64,000 bases of DNA from an uncultured delta proteobacterium (GTDB taxonomy: Bacteria; Desulfobacterota; Desulfobacteria; Desulfobacterales; JAFDCJ01): the NCBI GenBank assembly GCA_963769935.1, contig CAVYNY010000032.1, forward strand, positions 215,621 through 279,620, read 5' to 3'. Both the position numbers and the translations under genes were made by a program. The notes below the pieces were generated by a model that searched no databases, was not told the DNA's origin, and was given only the letters and a program-made list of their open reading frames with translations. This document shows, one piece after another, positions 1-11,009 of the stretch. The first letter of the stretch is position 1, and each line of letters starts with the position of its first letter.

Positions 1-185
1 TGGATTGGTTTGAGAGCCCGGATGAGTGCTGTACCAAGATCGCTTACTATCTGGCACATGATGACGAACGGCAAAAAATTGCGGCGGCGGGTTATCGGTT
101 GGCGCATAGCGAATATAGTTATGATAAGATGGTGGAGCGGATTGTTGGAGAGGTGCAGGAAGAGGGGCTGATGCATAAGGCATAA
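1..185 (+). CDS. 3' end of a glycosyltransferase (CgeB/Glyco_trans_1_2-like), partial
   Basis: Frame 3 reads DWFESPDECCTKIAYYLAHDDERQKIAAAGYRLAHSEYSY...* with TAA at 183-185, a typical C-terminus for this family. Confidence 0.7.
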   Translation, partial: DWFESPDECCTKIAYYLAHDDERQKIAAAGYRLAHSEYSYDKMVERIVGEVQEEGLMHKA

Positions 186-600
186 GGCGCACGACTGACG
201 GTGCAGGGAATCGATGTCGGAGGTTGGAGGCGGGGCCTTCGGTCGGGAGAGGTTAGAGGTTGGAGGCAAAAGGTGGGCGCTGGCGCGCCAGTTCATAGCT
301 CATAGCTGATAGGTTAGAGGATAAAGGCTAAAGGCTAAAGGTTAGAGGAAAAAGGCGCACGACTGACGGTGCAGGGAATCGATGTCGGAGGTTGGAGGAT
401 AGAGATAGGCGGCACCATCTCGATATCCCCGTTTCTCCGTTTCCCCGTTTTCCAGCCTTCAAGCCTCCCAGCTTCTGTCCTCTGACACCTGAAACCTATA
501 ACTGCTGCAGCATCGAGCGCCAGCAACTTCAAGATAGAATCCGATAACTATCATCCAGTAATCAGTGTCCAGAATCGAGTATCCAGAAACCAGCAATCGG
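186..600. repeat. Modular intergenic repeat with 7/8-mer arrays
   Basis: Module ggcgcacgactgacggtgcagggaatcgatgtcggaggttggagg occurs twice (186, 355), with aaaggct, catagct and ccgtttc arrays; related blocks at about 5.0, 18.6, 24.7 and 32.3 kb. Confidence 0.85.
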
Positions 601-604
601 TAAA

Positions 605-1708
605 ATGAAAATCCTGCACATCAACACCGAGCGCACCTGGCGGGGCGGGGAGCAGCAGACCTTGTATCTGCTGGAAGGCCTCAAGGCCCGCGCCATAGCC
701 TGCCACCTGGTCTGCCAAGCCGGATCGCCGCTGCAGGAAAGGGCCGACGAAGCCGGTATCGATGTGTTTCCGGTTGTGATGCGCGGGGAGGCTGATTTGT
801 TTGCCGGCATGCGCATCCGCCGGCTGATCAAAAAATATAGCTATTCTATCATTCATTCCCACACCTCGCATGCCCATACGATTGCCTATCTGGCCTCGGT
901 CGGCACCGCAGTCCGGCGCCTGGTCACCCGGCGGGTGGATTTTTCCATTTTTCGCAGCAGTTTTCTGCACTTGAGCGGTTTCAAGTACCGCTTTATGGCC
1001 GATGACTACATCGCAATCTCCAACAGGATCAAGGCGGTGCTGGTCAATGACGGCATTTCGGATCGGCGTATTTTTGTGGTGCACAGCGGCGTCGATCCGG
1101 AAAGATTCCGGCAGGCAAGCGGCGACCATCTGCGGTCTGAATTCGATATCAAAGACCACGAGAAGATCGTCATCAATGTTGCGCACCTGGCGGGTCATAA
1201 GGGTCAAAAGTATCTCATACGGGCGATTCCGTATGTTCTGACGAAAATGCCCAATACCCGGTTTTTCATTGTCGGACGGGGCGAGTTGATGGAAGAGCTG
1301 CAAGCGCTGGCTTCCTCCCTGGGGCTGAAAGGGCAACTCGTATTCACCGGCTTTCGCGGCGATGTGGGGGACTTTTATAAAATCGCCGATCTATACGTGA
1401 TGAGCAGTGTTGAAGAAGGCCTTGGCACCGCGGTTCTGGATGCCATGGCTGCCGGCAAACCCGTCGTGGCAACCACGGCGGGAGGCCTGCCGGAAATCGT
1501 GTGTGACGGAAAAACCGGCCGGCTGGTTGCGCCGGCCGATCCGGCGGCGCTGGCCGAGGGAATGCTCGATTTGTTGACCCGCCCCGAGCTGGCCGACGCG
1601 ATGGCCGCCGAGGCCCGGGCCAAAGTGCGGCAATGTTTTTCCATTCAGGCCATGGTTGATAAAAACATCGAAGTATATAGAAAAATCCTGGCAACAGATG
1701 ATGATTGA
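605..1708 (+). CDS. GT4-family glycosyltransferase
   Basis: WRGGEQQ N-terminus, HKGQKYL, EGLGTAVLDAMAAGKPVV motif. Confidence 0.92.
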   Translation: MKILHINTERTWRGGEQQTLYLLEGLKARAIACHLVCQAGSPLQERADEAGIDVFPVVMRGEADLFAGMRIRRLIKKYSYSIIHSHTSHAHTIAYLASVGTAVRRLVTRRVDFSIFRSSFLHLSGFKYRFMADDYIAISNRIKAVLVNDGISDRRIFVVHSGVDPERFRQASGDHLRSEFDIKDHEKIVINVAHLAGHKGQKYLIRAIPYVLTKMPNTRFFIVGRGELMEELQALASSLGLKGQLVFTGFRGDVGDFYKIADLYVMSSVEEGLGTAVLDAMAAGKPVVATTAGGLPEIVCDGKTGRLVAPADPAALAEGMLDLLTRPELADAMAAEARAKVRQCFSIQAMVDKNIEVYRKILATDDD

Positions 1709-2471
1709 CTCCGTAAAAATTTCAGCAGTTGTCATTACCCTTAACGAAGAAAAAAACATCGGCCGCTGTCTTGACTCCGTCAGGCAGGTTGCAGATGAAA
1801 TCGTCGTGGTGGACTCTTATTCAACGGATCAAACCCGGGATATTTGCAGCGGCAGGGGCGTGCATTTTATGCAGCACGCTTTCGAGGGGCATATCGAGCA
1901 GAAGAACTACGCCGCTTCCTGCGCCGGTCATGATCGGGTTTTATCGCTGGACGCCGATGAGGCCCTGTCGGAAGAATTGGTGCAATCCATTTTATCTGTG
2001 AAACATAATTGGCAGCACGATGGATATTCCTGCAACCGGTTGACGAACTATTGCGGCCAGTGGATTCGACACAGCGGCTGGTATCCGGATACCAAGCTGC
2101 GGTTGTGGGACCGACGAAAGGGGCAATGGGGCGGGATTAATCCCCATGATAGGATCCTGATGGACGGCGGCAGCCGCGTGGCCCACCTTGACGGCGACTT
2201 GTATCATTATTCCTATCCCACCATCCGGGATCATATCGAGACGATCAACAACTTTTCTGAAATTGCTGCACGGGCAGCCCACACTGACGGCAGACATGCC
2301 AACCTGGTGCTGGATATTGTCCTGAACCCGCTGCTGACCTTTTTCAAGAAATATTTTTTGAAATTGGGAATTTTGGACGGGTATCCGGGATTTGTGATTG
2401 CGGTCCACACGGCCTACGGCAAATTTCTCAAATACAGCAAATTGAGGGAATTAAATAAAAAAAACGGATAA
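1698..2471 (+). CDS. GT2-family glycosyltransferase (WaaE/KdtX-like)
   Basis: ITLNEEKNI..VVDSYSTDQT, LSLDADE, GWYPD; start set at the ATG overlapping the upstream gene end. Confidence 0.9.
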   Translation: MMIDSVKISAVVITLNEEKNIGRCLDSVRQVADEIVVVDSYSTDQTRDICSGRGVHFMQHAFEGHIEQKNYAASCAGHDRVLSLDADEALSEELVQSILSVKHNWQHDGYSCNRLTNYCGQWIRHSGWYPDTKLRLWDRRKGQWGGINPHDRILMDGGSRVAHLDGDLYHYSYPTIRDHIETINNFSEIAARAAHTDGRHANLVLDIVLNPLLTFFKKYFLKLGILDGYPGFVIAVHTAYGKFLKYSKLRELNKKNG

Positions 2472-2477
2472 TCGTAT

Positions 2478-3773
2478 TTAGCCACTTTTCTCAAACAGGA
2501 CCGATTCAATAAAACGGCAGGCTTGAGCTGTACCGCCGCGGCGGGCTGTGATAAAGCGCAGCGCTGCGGCGATTATTCTATCGCGGGACGGTGCGCTGTC
2601 TAAATCCTTTAAAATGAGAGCGGCAACCTCCTGCCAATCGCCGGCAATCCTGAGCAAACCGGAATCAATGATCTCCCGGCCGACCCAGGCAAAATTTTCC
2701 CACGATGGGCCGCTGACCGGAATGATCCCGCTCACCAGCGCTTCTAAAAAATTCTGGCCGCCAAGCGGCGCCAGGCTGCCGCCCACGAAGGCGGATTGTG
2801 CCAGGCGGTAGGCCGACATCAGCTCCCCGAAGCTGTCCCAAATAATAACATTGCCGGCCGGTACCGGTTGGGAAGCTGTTGATCGCAAAGACCATTTGAC
2901 TTGCATGTGAGTTAACGCATCCTGCCAGAATTCTATACGTTGGATGTGGCGCGGGAATAAGCCGATGACCGTCTTCGGCCGCCGGTCCAAAACTTCATGA
3001 ATGATTTTTTTGACCTGTGATTCTTCCTCACGTCTGACCGAGGCCAGAACGACAAATGCGACGCCGGCCGGCACCATCGCCTTAATTTCTTTTTCATTAG
3101 CTTCGTTTGCATTCGGCGGAGTGATTCGATCATATTTTATGTTGGCCATAACCTCAATCCCGTTCGGTCCGAAGAGTTGTCTGAACCGTTCGGCATCACC
3201 TGCCGATATTGCCAGAATTTTATCCGGCCGAAGGGCCTGCCAGATTGACGGCCAGAGAAGATATCTTTGAAGGCTCCGGGGGGTGATCCGGCCGTTGATG
3301 ATCGCTATCTGACAGCCCTGCGTCTTTAGGGCGCGCAATAGGCCGGGCCAGATTTCCGTTTCCATGAGCACCATCAGCTTGGGCCTGATGCCGGCCACCG
3401 CCGTTGCCATAATTGCCGGTTGATCGAAAGGAAAGAAGCGCACGTCGGCCTGAATCCGCTTTTTGTTTTTGATCAGCCTGAGGCATCCGTCGGTGAGGAT
3501 TTCAATACCCTGGCGGGTGTTGGAAGTCAGCAAAACACGAAGGGGGAATTTCGTTTCGAGAGTTCTTATCACCTCCTGAGCCAAATAGGATTCCCCGACC
3601 GAAGCCGCCTGGATCCAGAGATCGGCCGTTTGCGGTGGACGGCCTCGCAATGTGCGCTCCTGATAACCTGCGGCGAGACGATGATGGAACCTGAGCCACG
3701 GCAGGGCGATACGCCAAGCCAGGTTGTAAACCCCGAAGGCGGTTTTTGGGATGAGGTTTGTCGGCATGATCAA
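2478..3773 (-). CDS. waaA: 3-deoxy-D-manno-octulosonic acid (Kdo) transferase
   Basis: WIQAASVGE, METEIWP, FVGGSLAPLGGQNFLEA motifs. Confidence 0.92.
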   Translation of the reverse strand: MIMPTNLIPKTAFGVYNLAWRIALPWLRFHHRLAAGYQERTLRGRPPQTADLWIQAASVGESYLAQEVIRTLETKFPLRVLLTSNTRQGIEILTDGCLRLIKNKKRIQADVRFFPFDQPAIMATAVAGIRPKLMVLMETEIWPGLLRALKTQGCQIAIINGRITPRSLQRYLLWPSIWQALRPDKILAISAGDAERFRQLFGPNGIEVMANIKYDRITPPNANEANEKEIKAMVPAGVAFVVLASVRREEESQVKKIIHEVLDRRPKTVIGLFPRHIQRIEFWQDALTHMQVKWSLRSTASQPVPAGNVIIWDSFGELMSAYRLAQSAFVGGSLAPLGGQNFLEALVSGIIPVSGPSWENFAWVGREIIDSGLLRIAGDWQEVAALILKDLDSAPSRDRIIAAALRFITARRGGTAQACRFIESVLFEKSG

Positions 3774-4075
3774 TTTTCAACTCAGTAAATTCTAAACCTT
3801 TTGCATTAAAAGTTTTTATATGACAATAAAATGCCAAATCTCAAGCACCAAATTATTTGCCCTGTTAATAATTCGCCAAATGGCGTGACCGTCTTCGGCA
3901 GGAAGATTGCATTGTCCATCGCTGACAGCCGAGATTGTTTATATTTTGTGGGCAATGCCCACCCTACGATACAAAATTTTTGCAACGTTCGCATTTGAAA
4001 CCAGGTAAATTTGACAGTCGGACGTTAGTCTGCTACTCGTAAGGCCATTTTTTCGTTATTTCAGCCGGCTAAGCA

Positions 4076-4999
4076 ATGCGTACTAAAGATCAAAATCGAC
4101 AAATACAGCGTGCCCTGCTGCTGGGTCGAATTCTCGGCTCGGCGGCATACGTGATGGATACATCGCACCGGCGCATCGTCCGCCGAAATTTACGATTTGC
4201 ATTTCCGGACTGGACCGGGGAACAGATCCGGCAGACAACCCGGCATGTTTTTCATCATCTGGGCGCCACCTTTGTGGAGGTTTGTCAGCTGGCGGTCGCG
4301 TCAAGGGACGATCTGACGGCGCGGGTTAAGGTTGTCGGCGCGGAGCGCTGGCAGCAGGCCCTCGCCGGCGACCGGGGGCTGATAATTGTGTCGGCCCACC
4401 TGGGAAACTGGGAAGTCGGGATGCAATACGCGGCGTGCTTCATGCAAAAACCCGCCCTTGGGATTGCCAAAAGAATCCGGTTTCAGCCCCTTAATCAATG
4501 GGTCCATAAACTGCGAACACGATTCGGCAATAAAATTATTTATAAAAAAGGCGCCTTGCCGGATATGCGCCGGGCCCTTCGCGGCGGCGGAGTTGTTGCC
4601 ATGCTGGTTGACCAGAGCAGGCGCCGGGAGGGGGTTGAGGTAAATTTTTTTGGCCACAAAGTACCCACCACACCGGCAGCCGCATTTCTGGCCATACGAT
4701 GCAAGAGCCCGGTTTTGCCGATCTTTTGCATCAGGGAAGCCGATGGTCAATTAACCATCCACGTGGATGCGCCCTTAAATTTCGAGTGGACCGGCGATCT
4801 GCGCGCGGATGTTCAAACCAACACGCAGCTGATAACAGACGCGGTCGAGCGTGCAGTTCGCCAATATCCCGAGCAGTGGTTCTGGGTTCATAAACGCTGG
4901 AAGAAATATTATCCACATTTGTATCCCGAGTACCAGCTGCGGCGACAGCGACGAAAAGCCAGAGAGGAACGGCGGGAGAGCCGGCGAGCCGGCCCGTAG
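4076..4999 (+). CDS. Lipid A acyltransferase (LpxL/HtrB family)
   Basis: AHLGNWE, MLVDQ, PEQWFWVHKRWK motifs. Confidence 0.9.
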   Translation: MRTKDQNRQIQRALLLGRILGSAAYVMDTSHRRIVRRNLRFAFPDWTGEQIRQTTRHVFHHLGATFVEVCQLAVASRDDLTARVKVVGAERWQQALAGDRGLIIVSAHLGNWEVGMQYAACFMQKPALGIAKRIRFQPLNQWVHKLRTRFGNKIIYKKGALPDMRRALRGGGVVAMLVDQSRRREGVEVNFFGHKVPTTPAAAFLAIRCKSPVLPIFCIREADGQLTIHVDAPLNFEWTGDLRADVQTNTQLITDAVERAVRQYPEQWFWVHKRWKKYYPHLYPEYQLRRQRRKAREERRESRRAGP

Positions 5000-5475
5000 G
5001 TCATAGCTCATAGCTGATAGGTTGGAGGATAAAGGCTAATGGTTAAGGGCTAAAGGTAAAAGGTTAAGGGCTAAAGGAGAAAGGCGAACGGCTTACGGTG
5101 CAGGGAATCGATGATGGAGGTATGAGGTTGGAGGCGGGGCCTTCGGCTGGATGAGGTTTGAGGTTAGAGGTTGGAGGCAGGAGATACAAGGTGCAGGGAA
5201 TTGATGGTGGAGGTTGGAGGCAAAAGATACAAGGTGCAGGGCTTACAGGGCCAGCTGATAGTTGATTGGTTTGACTGACGGATGGGTTCCCTGAATGCTC
5301 ATGAGCTTTGATGCTCACGAACTTACGAGCTCACGAACTTCAGCAGCTTGCCTACCACGCAGCTTCTCCGCTTCTCCGCTTCTCTCCCAGCTTCTCCGCT
5401 TCTCAGCTTCTCCGCTTCTCAACTTCTCATCTTCTCGGTTTCCCAGCCTCCAACCTCTTACTCCTGACACAGGTT
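5000..5475. repeat. Modular intergenic repeat with a conserved ~105-bp core
   Basis: Same modules as 186-600; core 5243-5349 recurs inverted at 18740-18845; cttctc(a/c)g 8-mer array follows. Confidence 0.85.
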
Positions 5476-5485
5476 ATTTAAATCT

Positions 5486-6637
5486 ATGCGGAACCTCAAG
5501 ATATTACACCTGCTCAGCAACTGGAAGTGGACCGAGATATCCGAGCCCGCCGTTGATTTGGCATTGGCCCAAATGAAACTGGGTGCTGAAATCGAATTTG
5601 TGTGTGGCCGGGGTCCCGCCGATCGATCCAAACGCCGCGTTGATTACAATGCCCGTCTAAAAAAACTGGACTCGATTCAGGTGCTGGAAATGCCCAAGCA
5701 TTTCAGTGTTCTTGCCGCGTATAAGGATTGTATTAATTTGCGTTCCATGCGGAAACGATTTCAGCCGGATGTCATCCATTGCCATAAAGCCAACGCCCAC
5801 CTGATGGGATTCCTGAGCAGAGGTATTTCAAAACCCCCTGTAATTGTGAGAAGCTGTTATGATCCCGAAGGTCCTCAGCATGATATGAGGTCCAGGTTGT
5901 TGTATAAATTCGGCACCGAGGGAATGGTGGTCATCAATGAAAAAAGTAAGCAAACGGCTGTTGCCTGCAATGGATTATCGTCAGAAACCGTGCAGGTAAT
6001 TGAGCCGGGTATCGACCTGGATCGATTTTCCCCCCAGCGCCAAATTTCGCAAGATCGAAGCGTATTTGGGTTAAAACAGGATGCCTTTGTGGTCGGGATG
6101 GTCAGCCGCATCAGAGACAGTCGTCGCTTGGATATGCCTTTGAAGGCCATCCATGCGCTGGCCGGAACGCATCCGCACCTTCAGATGCTGCTGGTCGGAC
6201 GGGGGCGGGAAGGGGCGGTGGAAATGGTGGTGGAAAAGCCGGCGCGGGAAATGGACATTTTGGATAGAATTGTCATGGCGGGATACTGTGAAGGCGATCG
6301 TCTTGTCGCCGCCTACCGTGCCATGGATGTTCTGGTCTATCCGACTCCCGGTTCGGACAAATCCTGCCGGACCGTACGGGAAGCCATGGCTGCCGGCAAA
6401 CCGGTTGTAGCGCCGGGAATCGGTTTTTTGCCCGAACTCATCGAGGACCATGTTACCGGCCGACGGATGGCTTCTTCCTGGGAAAGCTTGGCCGATATTC
6501 TCACAGAACTTATGCCGGATAAAAATAAGCTGCGCGGCATGGGACAGCAGGCCCTTGAATGCGCCGCCCGGCGGTTTGCACCGGATCTGCAGGCCCGGAA
6601 AACGTTAGACTTTTATCAGCGCTTGCTGAAAGGATAG
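5486..6637 (+). CDS. GT4-family glycosyltransferase
   Basis: PDVIHCH, PGIDLDRF, REAMAAGKPVV. Confidence 0.88.
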   Translation: MRNLKILHLLSNWKWTEISEPAVDLALAQMKLGAEIEFVCGRGPADRSKRRVDYNARLKKLDSIQVLEMPKHFSVLAAYKDCINLRSMRKRFQPDVIHCHKANAHLMGFLSRGISKPPVIVRSCYDPEGPQHDMRSRLLYKFGTEGMVVINEKSKQTAVACNGLSSETVQVIEPGIDLDRFSPQRQISQDRSVFGLKQDAFVVGMVSRIRDSRRLDMPLKAIHALAGTHPHLQMLLVGRGREGAVEMVVEKPAREMDILDRIVMAGYCEGDRLVAAYRAMDVLVYPTPGSDKSCRTVREAMAAGKPVVAPGIGFLPELIEDHVTGRRMASSWESLADILTELMPDKNKLRGMGQQALECAARRFAPDLQARKTLDFYQRLLKG

Positions 6638-6639
6638 AA

Positions 6640-6825
6640 GGCCGGAAGGCTCGCCGGCTGGGAAACATTCCAGCATTCCAGCTTCCTCGCTGCCCACCTT
6701 CTCAACTTCTCGTCTTCTCAACTTCTCGTCTTCTCAACTTCTCGTCTTCTCAACTTCTCAACTTCTGATTTTTCTTATCTTCTTATCTTCTCACCTTCCC
6801 AACTCCCCAGCCTCCCTGCTTTCAA
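6640..6825. repeat. 8-mer array (cttctcaa/cttctcgt) between convergent genes
   Basis: Direct tandem repeats visible at 6698-6765. Confidence 0.8.
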
Positions 6826-6828
6826 TGT

Positions 6829-7554
6829 CTAACCGGCCGACCGGAACCAGGGGATCACATAATATTTGTAGAGTTGGAGCGGCGTCGAACGCCGACCCCA
6901 GTTCACGCGCGGCAGGCGGAAGGGATCGATATTGGTCGAGACGAGTTTCTTCTTCCGGGTAGTAAATGCCAGTTTGTAGCCGGCCTCTTTGACTTTTTGG
7001 ACGGCTGACTGCGTTGTTGCACCCCATGGATACGAAAAATAGGGAACTTCTATGTTGAGAGATTCCTCCAGCCGGTCTTTTGCCGGGCGTAATTCCTGCC
7101 ACAACTCATCGGCCTGCAGGCGGGTCAGATCACGGTGGTTGTAACCGTGGGCACCGATTTCGACCAGTCCGGTCTTCAGCATCGTTTTTAGCTGCTCGAG
7201 ATCAAGGTGGCGGCGCATCTGTCCTGAGGGGTGCTTCGAAAAGCGGCTCTTGCGGCCGATGAAACCGGCGATAACAAATATGGTAATGGGAATCGCTTGC
7301 TGTTCCAAATGGGCAAATACGTTTTCGAAAATTGAAACGAGGGCGTCGTCGAAGGTCAGGACGGCAGCGCGCTTAGGGATCGTTTTTTCCCCCTGAAGCC
7401 AGGCTAGAAACCGGGTCATGGGGATAAATTGAACTCCCAGGCGGTTTAACCATCGCAGCTGGTGCAAAAACGCGTCAAGATCAATGGTGCCCCGCTGCTT
7501 TTCGCCGGGCGCCAGCGGAATCACATTATGGCAGGTGTAGACGACACAGCTCAT
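6829..7554 (-). CDS. Polysaccharide deacetylase family protein
   Basis: LTFDD, IGAHGYNHRDL, FSYPWG motifs. Confidence 0.9.
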   Translation of the reverse strand: MSCVVYTCHNVIPLAPGEKQRGTIDLDAFLHQLRWLNRLGVQFIPMTRFLAWLQGEKTIPKRAAVLTFDDALVSIFENVFAHLEQQAIPITIFVIAGFIGRKSRFSKHPSGQMRRHLDLEQLKTMLKTGLVEIGAHGYNHRDLTRLQADELWQELRPAKDRLEESLNIEVPYFSYPWGATTQSAVQKVKEAGYKLAFTTRKKKLVSTNIDPFRLPRVNWGRRSTPLQLYKYYVIPWFRSAG

Positions 7555-8402
7555 AATTTGCGCAGCCCGTTTTTGCAGGTAACTTCAGGATCCGGCCGCT
7601 TGAAATACGGGTGTTCATTTAAATTGAGGATTTGCGGGGCGGTGCGCCATTTTTCCACCCGATGGTACAAATGATACGTGCGGGCTTTGGAGTGCAGCGG
7701 GACTGCCCGGAACGATCCCTTGACAAGGCGGTTGCGGATGTCGGAATCGCTCTTGTTGTATCCATCGTAATTTTCGTCATAGCCGTTGATTTTTTCAAAT
7801 ACGTCCCGATTGATCGCACAGTTTCCGCCCCAGATTTTGGGTTTGCGAACTTTAAATGCGTGGTAAAACCTGCTTTTCCAGTAGCGTTTAAAATTGCGGG
7901 TGGCCGTCCCCTTTTTTTGATTTCGCAGCTGAGCGGCCCCGGTCCAGAATTCCTGCGGTGCAAAAGACCGGAAATTCGCCAGCGCAGCCTCTGTAAACTG
8001 CCGGGTCAGATAGTAGACGCCGCCGAGGTAAAAAGCCTCCGGCGCTGAATGGGCTGCGTAAGTGGCCAGAAGATTTGCGGCCGGCAGACAATCGCTGTCC
8101 AGAAATATTAAAATGTCGCCGCCGGCCTTCCGGCTGGCCTGATTGAGAATGAACGCCCGTCTGTACATCCGGTGTTCGTGCCAACAATGTTGGATTTCGG
8201 GCGCTGCATGGTTTGAACGGGCTTCTGATATCACCTGCGGTGTATGGTCGGTCGATCCGTCATCGGCGACGATAATTTGCCAGTGGCCTTTATAGTCCTG
8301 GGCGGCAAGGCATGCCAGGCTGAGGCGCAAATAGTCGGCCCGGTTGTAGGTTGCCACCAGGACCGATATGGAGGGAAGCTGGTATCCCCTATCTTTCATC
8401 AA
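7551..8402 (-). CDS. GT2-family glycosyltransferase
   Basis: VATYNR, ADDGSTD, FLDSDC, INGYDE. Confidence 0.9.
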   Translation of the reverse strand: MMKDRGYQLPSISVLVATYNRADYLRLSLACLAAQDYKGHWQIIVADDGSTDHTPQVISEARSNHAAPEIQHCWHEHRMYRRAFILNQASRKAGGDILIFLDSDCLPAANLLATYAAHSAPEAFYLGGVYYLTRQFTEAALANFRSFAPQEFWTGAAQLRNQKKGTATRNFKRYWKSRFYHAFKVRKPKIWGGNCAINRDVFEKINGYDENYDGYNKSDSDIRNRLVKGSFRAVPLHSKARTYHLYHRVEKWRTAPQILNLNEHPYFKRPDPEVTCKNGLRKL

Positions 8403-8770
8403 ATTATACCTTTTCTAATTAATCTTCCTGCTACCATATTCCCGAAAAAAAGAAAAGGTCGGCCTTAATTGATTTGGACTTGACCCTTAACGCTCTTTCA
8501 AGTAATTTATTGATCCCTGCTGCCGAGTCTCATCCCTTAATCATTTTTTATGCAGGCCAATTCAAATTTATGCTTGCCATCCTCTGAATTCTGCAATAAG
8601 AAAGGGCAATCCTGGATGAGGGGCATTCAATCAAATAAAGCGTCCTCCTGAAACTGTTTTTCACTATTTTTCTTTAAAAATCTGCAGAACTTCGGCTGCC
8701 GTTAATCAGCCGATTTCGCTTTAAATTAGGCCGCTAATAGATTGTAATTATTTAATCACGGGAGATAGCC

Positions 8771-8947
8771 ATGGCGATCAGTCAGGAACTTTTAGACATC
8801 TTAGCCTGTCCGAAATGCAAGGGCGACATTTATCTGAATGACACCAAAGACGGGCTGATTTGCGATCAATGCAAATTGTTGTATGAAATTCGGGACGATA
8901 TCCCGATCATGCTGATCGATGAGGCCAAGCCGCTTGGAGAACCTTAG
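8771..8947 (+). CDS. Trm112-family protein (58 aa; absent from the ORF track)
   Basis: GGAG RBS, then MAISQELLDILACPKCKGDIYLNDTKDGLICDQCKLLYEIRDDIPIMLIDEAKPLGEP*. Confidence 0.92.
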   Translation: MAISQELLDILACPKCKGDIYLNDTKDGLICDQCKLLYEIRDDIPIMLIDEAKPLGEP

Positions 8948-9126
8948 AATCAGGAAAGTGCGGGGCCGACTTTTTTGGGCTTGCGATTTCGTTTCAGCTC
9001 ATTATATGACATAGGTTGAAGGGTTCAGGGTTTCACGTTCAGGGTTGAAAAATCCCCAATCCATTATGTTTATCGGATGTATCCTTTGAACCTTGAACCC
9101 TGAACTTGGAACCGATTGGTATCGAG

Positions 9127-9654
9127 ATGAGTACACCGCAAGCGCCGAAGCCTGCGAAGCTGATAATCGGGCTTATAATGAAGGACAAAACGCTGATTGA
9201 ACCTCTGACCGTGGCGCTTTGTGCGGCGTATGGTCCCCTTGATTTGGTCAGCGCATGGCTGCCCTTTGACTACACAACATACTATGAACCGGAGATGGGA
9301 GCGCAGCTTGTCAGACGGATGCTGGCATTTAAAAACCTGGTCCCCCAAGGTGACCTGCCGGCGATCAAACTAGCGACCAATCGTCTGGAAGAAGCGTATT
9401 CTCAAAACGGCAAGCGCCGGGTCAACCTTGATCCGGGGTATTTGCTGCTGGAACGCCTGGTCCTGGCTTCAGGGAAGAATTTCAGCCACCGGATTTATCT
9501 TGGCGACGGAATTTACGCGGATTTGACCCTGATTTATCGGCATGGCGCCTTCGAAAAATTACCATGGACCTATCCCGACTATGCAGATCAACCCATGCTG
9601 GGATTTCTGCAGCAGGTTCGCAGCAAGTACGCGGTTGATTTAAAGGCAAACTGA
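9127..9654 (+). CDS. DUF4416-family protein
   Basis: FDYTTYYEPEMG, RRVNLDPGY, KNFSHRIYL; sits upstream of yicC. Confidence 0.85.
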   Translation: MSTPQAPKPAKLIIGLIMKDKTLIEPLTVALCAAYGPLDLVSAWLPFDYTTYYEPEMGAQLVRRMLAFKNLVPQGDLPAIKLATNRLEEAYSQNGKRRVNLDPGYLLLERLVLASGKNFSHRIYLGDGIYADLTLIYRHGAFEKLPWTYPDYADQPMLGFLQQVRSKYAVDLKAN

Positions 9655-9752
9655 GGTTTGGGTCCTTGGTCCGTGGGGGATTAGGCTTCAGAGGCTTATA
9701 TCGGAAAACCTATTGCAGAAACCCGAAACCCATAAAATGGAGCCCCCCAATT

Positions 9753-10634
9753 ATGATCAAAAGCATGACCGGTTTTGCGACAGCTGAAATAATTACCGAA
9801 GATATTACGGTGGCGGCCGATATCCACGCTTACAACAGCCGGCACCTGGATGTCGTTCTGCGCGTCGCGTCGGGCTTTATGGCGCTGGAAGAAAAAATAA
9901 AAGGACTCATCGCCGGAAAGATCGTCAGGGGCCGGCTGGAGGTGAAAGTCCAGATCAAAGATGCATCCGCGGGGACCGACGCCTTTGAAATTGACTGGTC
10001 CAGGGCCGAAGGCATGCATGCCGTGCTGGTCCAACTGAAAAATAAATTTGGCCTGCCGGACGACATTTCCATGGACCACCTGCTCGGGGTGGGGGGCATA
10101 ATTAAACCGGTTGAAACGGCAGATGAATCCGACCGATTTTGGCCGCCGATCGAGGACTGTCTCAGCCGGGCCCTCGCAGACCTGGAGGCCATGCGCCGGA
10201 AAGAAGGCGATTTCATTGCCGCCGATCTGCATGCGCGGTTGGATTACATTGCGGGCTGCCTGGGCGAAATTAAGCATGATACAGCTGATCTTCTAAGCCA
10301 GTATATGGAACGATTGAAGGAGCGCATCGCCGTTTTAACCCAGGAAACCGTTGAACTTGATCCGGCACGCCTTGCGCAGGAAGCTGCCTATCTGGCTGAC
10401 AGAAGTGATATTTCCGAGGAAATCGTCCGAGCGCAAAGTCACATTGAGCAATTTCGGCATATCATGAACTCCGAAGAACCCGGGGGCAGAAAGCTTAATT
10501 TTCTGTTGCAGGAGCTTCACCGGGAATTCAATACCATCGGATCCAAGATAGGCCATGCCGATACCACCCACCGGGTTGTCGATGTAAAATCCGAGCTGGA
10601 AAAGATCAGAGAGCAGATTCAAAACGTGGAATAA
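9753..10634 (+). CDS. yicC: YicC/YloC family endoribonuclease
   Basis: MIKSMTGF start, GRKLNFLLQELHREFNTIGSK, EKIREQIQNVE end. Confidence 0.95.
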   Translation: MIKSMTGFATAEIITEDITVAADIHAYNSRHLDVVLRVASGFMALEEKIKGLIAGKIVRGRLEVKVQIKDASAGTDAFEIDWSRAEGMHAVLVQLKNKFGLPDDISMDHLLGVGGIIKPVETADESDRFWPPIEDCLSRALADLEAMRRKEGDFIAADLHARLDYIAGCLGEIKHDTADLLSQYMERLKERIAVLTQETVELDPARLAQEAAYLADRSDISEEIVRAQSHIEQFRHIMNSEEPGGRKLNFLLQELHREFNTIGSKIGHADTTHRVVDVKSELEKIREQIQNVE

Positions 10635-10748
10635 AACCTGGCCTAGGACACAGGGCATGGGGCAAAGCGTTGACTGCGACCCAATGCCGTTTTTGTTTAA
10701 ACGCTTAGCTCGTTGCGCTCTGTCCTGCGCACATTGATTGGAGGTCGA

Positions 10749-11003
10749 ATGGATCAGAATTTGTTAAACATAGGCTTTGGAAGTACCGTGGTATCCGAGC
10801 GGGTCGTTGCCATTGTATCACCGAATTCCGCCCCGATGAAGCGACTCAAAGATGAGGCCCGGGATGAAAAACGGTTGATCGATGCAACCCACGGCCGCCG
10901 GACCCGCTCCATTATTATCATGGACAGCAACCACGTCGTTCTTTCAGCCATCCAGGCTGAAACCATATCCCAGCGGTATGCAACATTGAAGGAACCTTCC
11001 TGA
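10749..11003 (+). CDS. remA: RemA/DUF370 family protein
   Basis: [29 protein letters not shown]; yicC-remA-gmk synteny. Confidence 0.92.
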   Translation: MDQNLLNIGFGSTVVSERVVAIVSPNSAPMKRLKDEARDEKRLIDATHGRRTRSIIIMDSNHVVLSAIQAETISQRYATLKEPS

Positions 11004-11009
11004 TTTTCC

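Noticed and set aside
186..600. CRISPR array interpretation of the repeated ~45-bp module
   Set aside because: There are only two local copies, the intervening DNA is itself repetitive, there is no constant spacer length, and no cas genes are present.
5064..5576. ORFs 335-532, 5064-5318, 5295-5576, 6559-6768, 18541-18793 and 24884-25222
   Set aside because: These are low-complexity translations of the 7/8-mer repeat arrays or antisense overlaps, with no recognisable family motifs.
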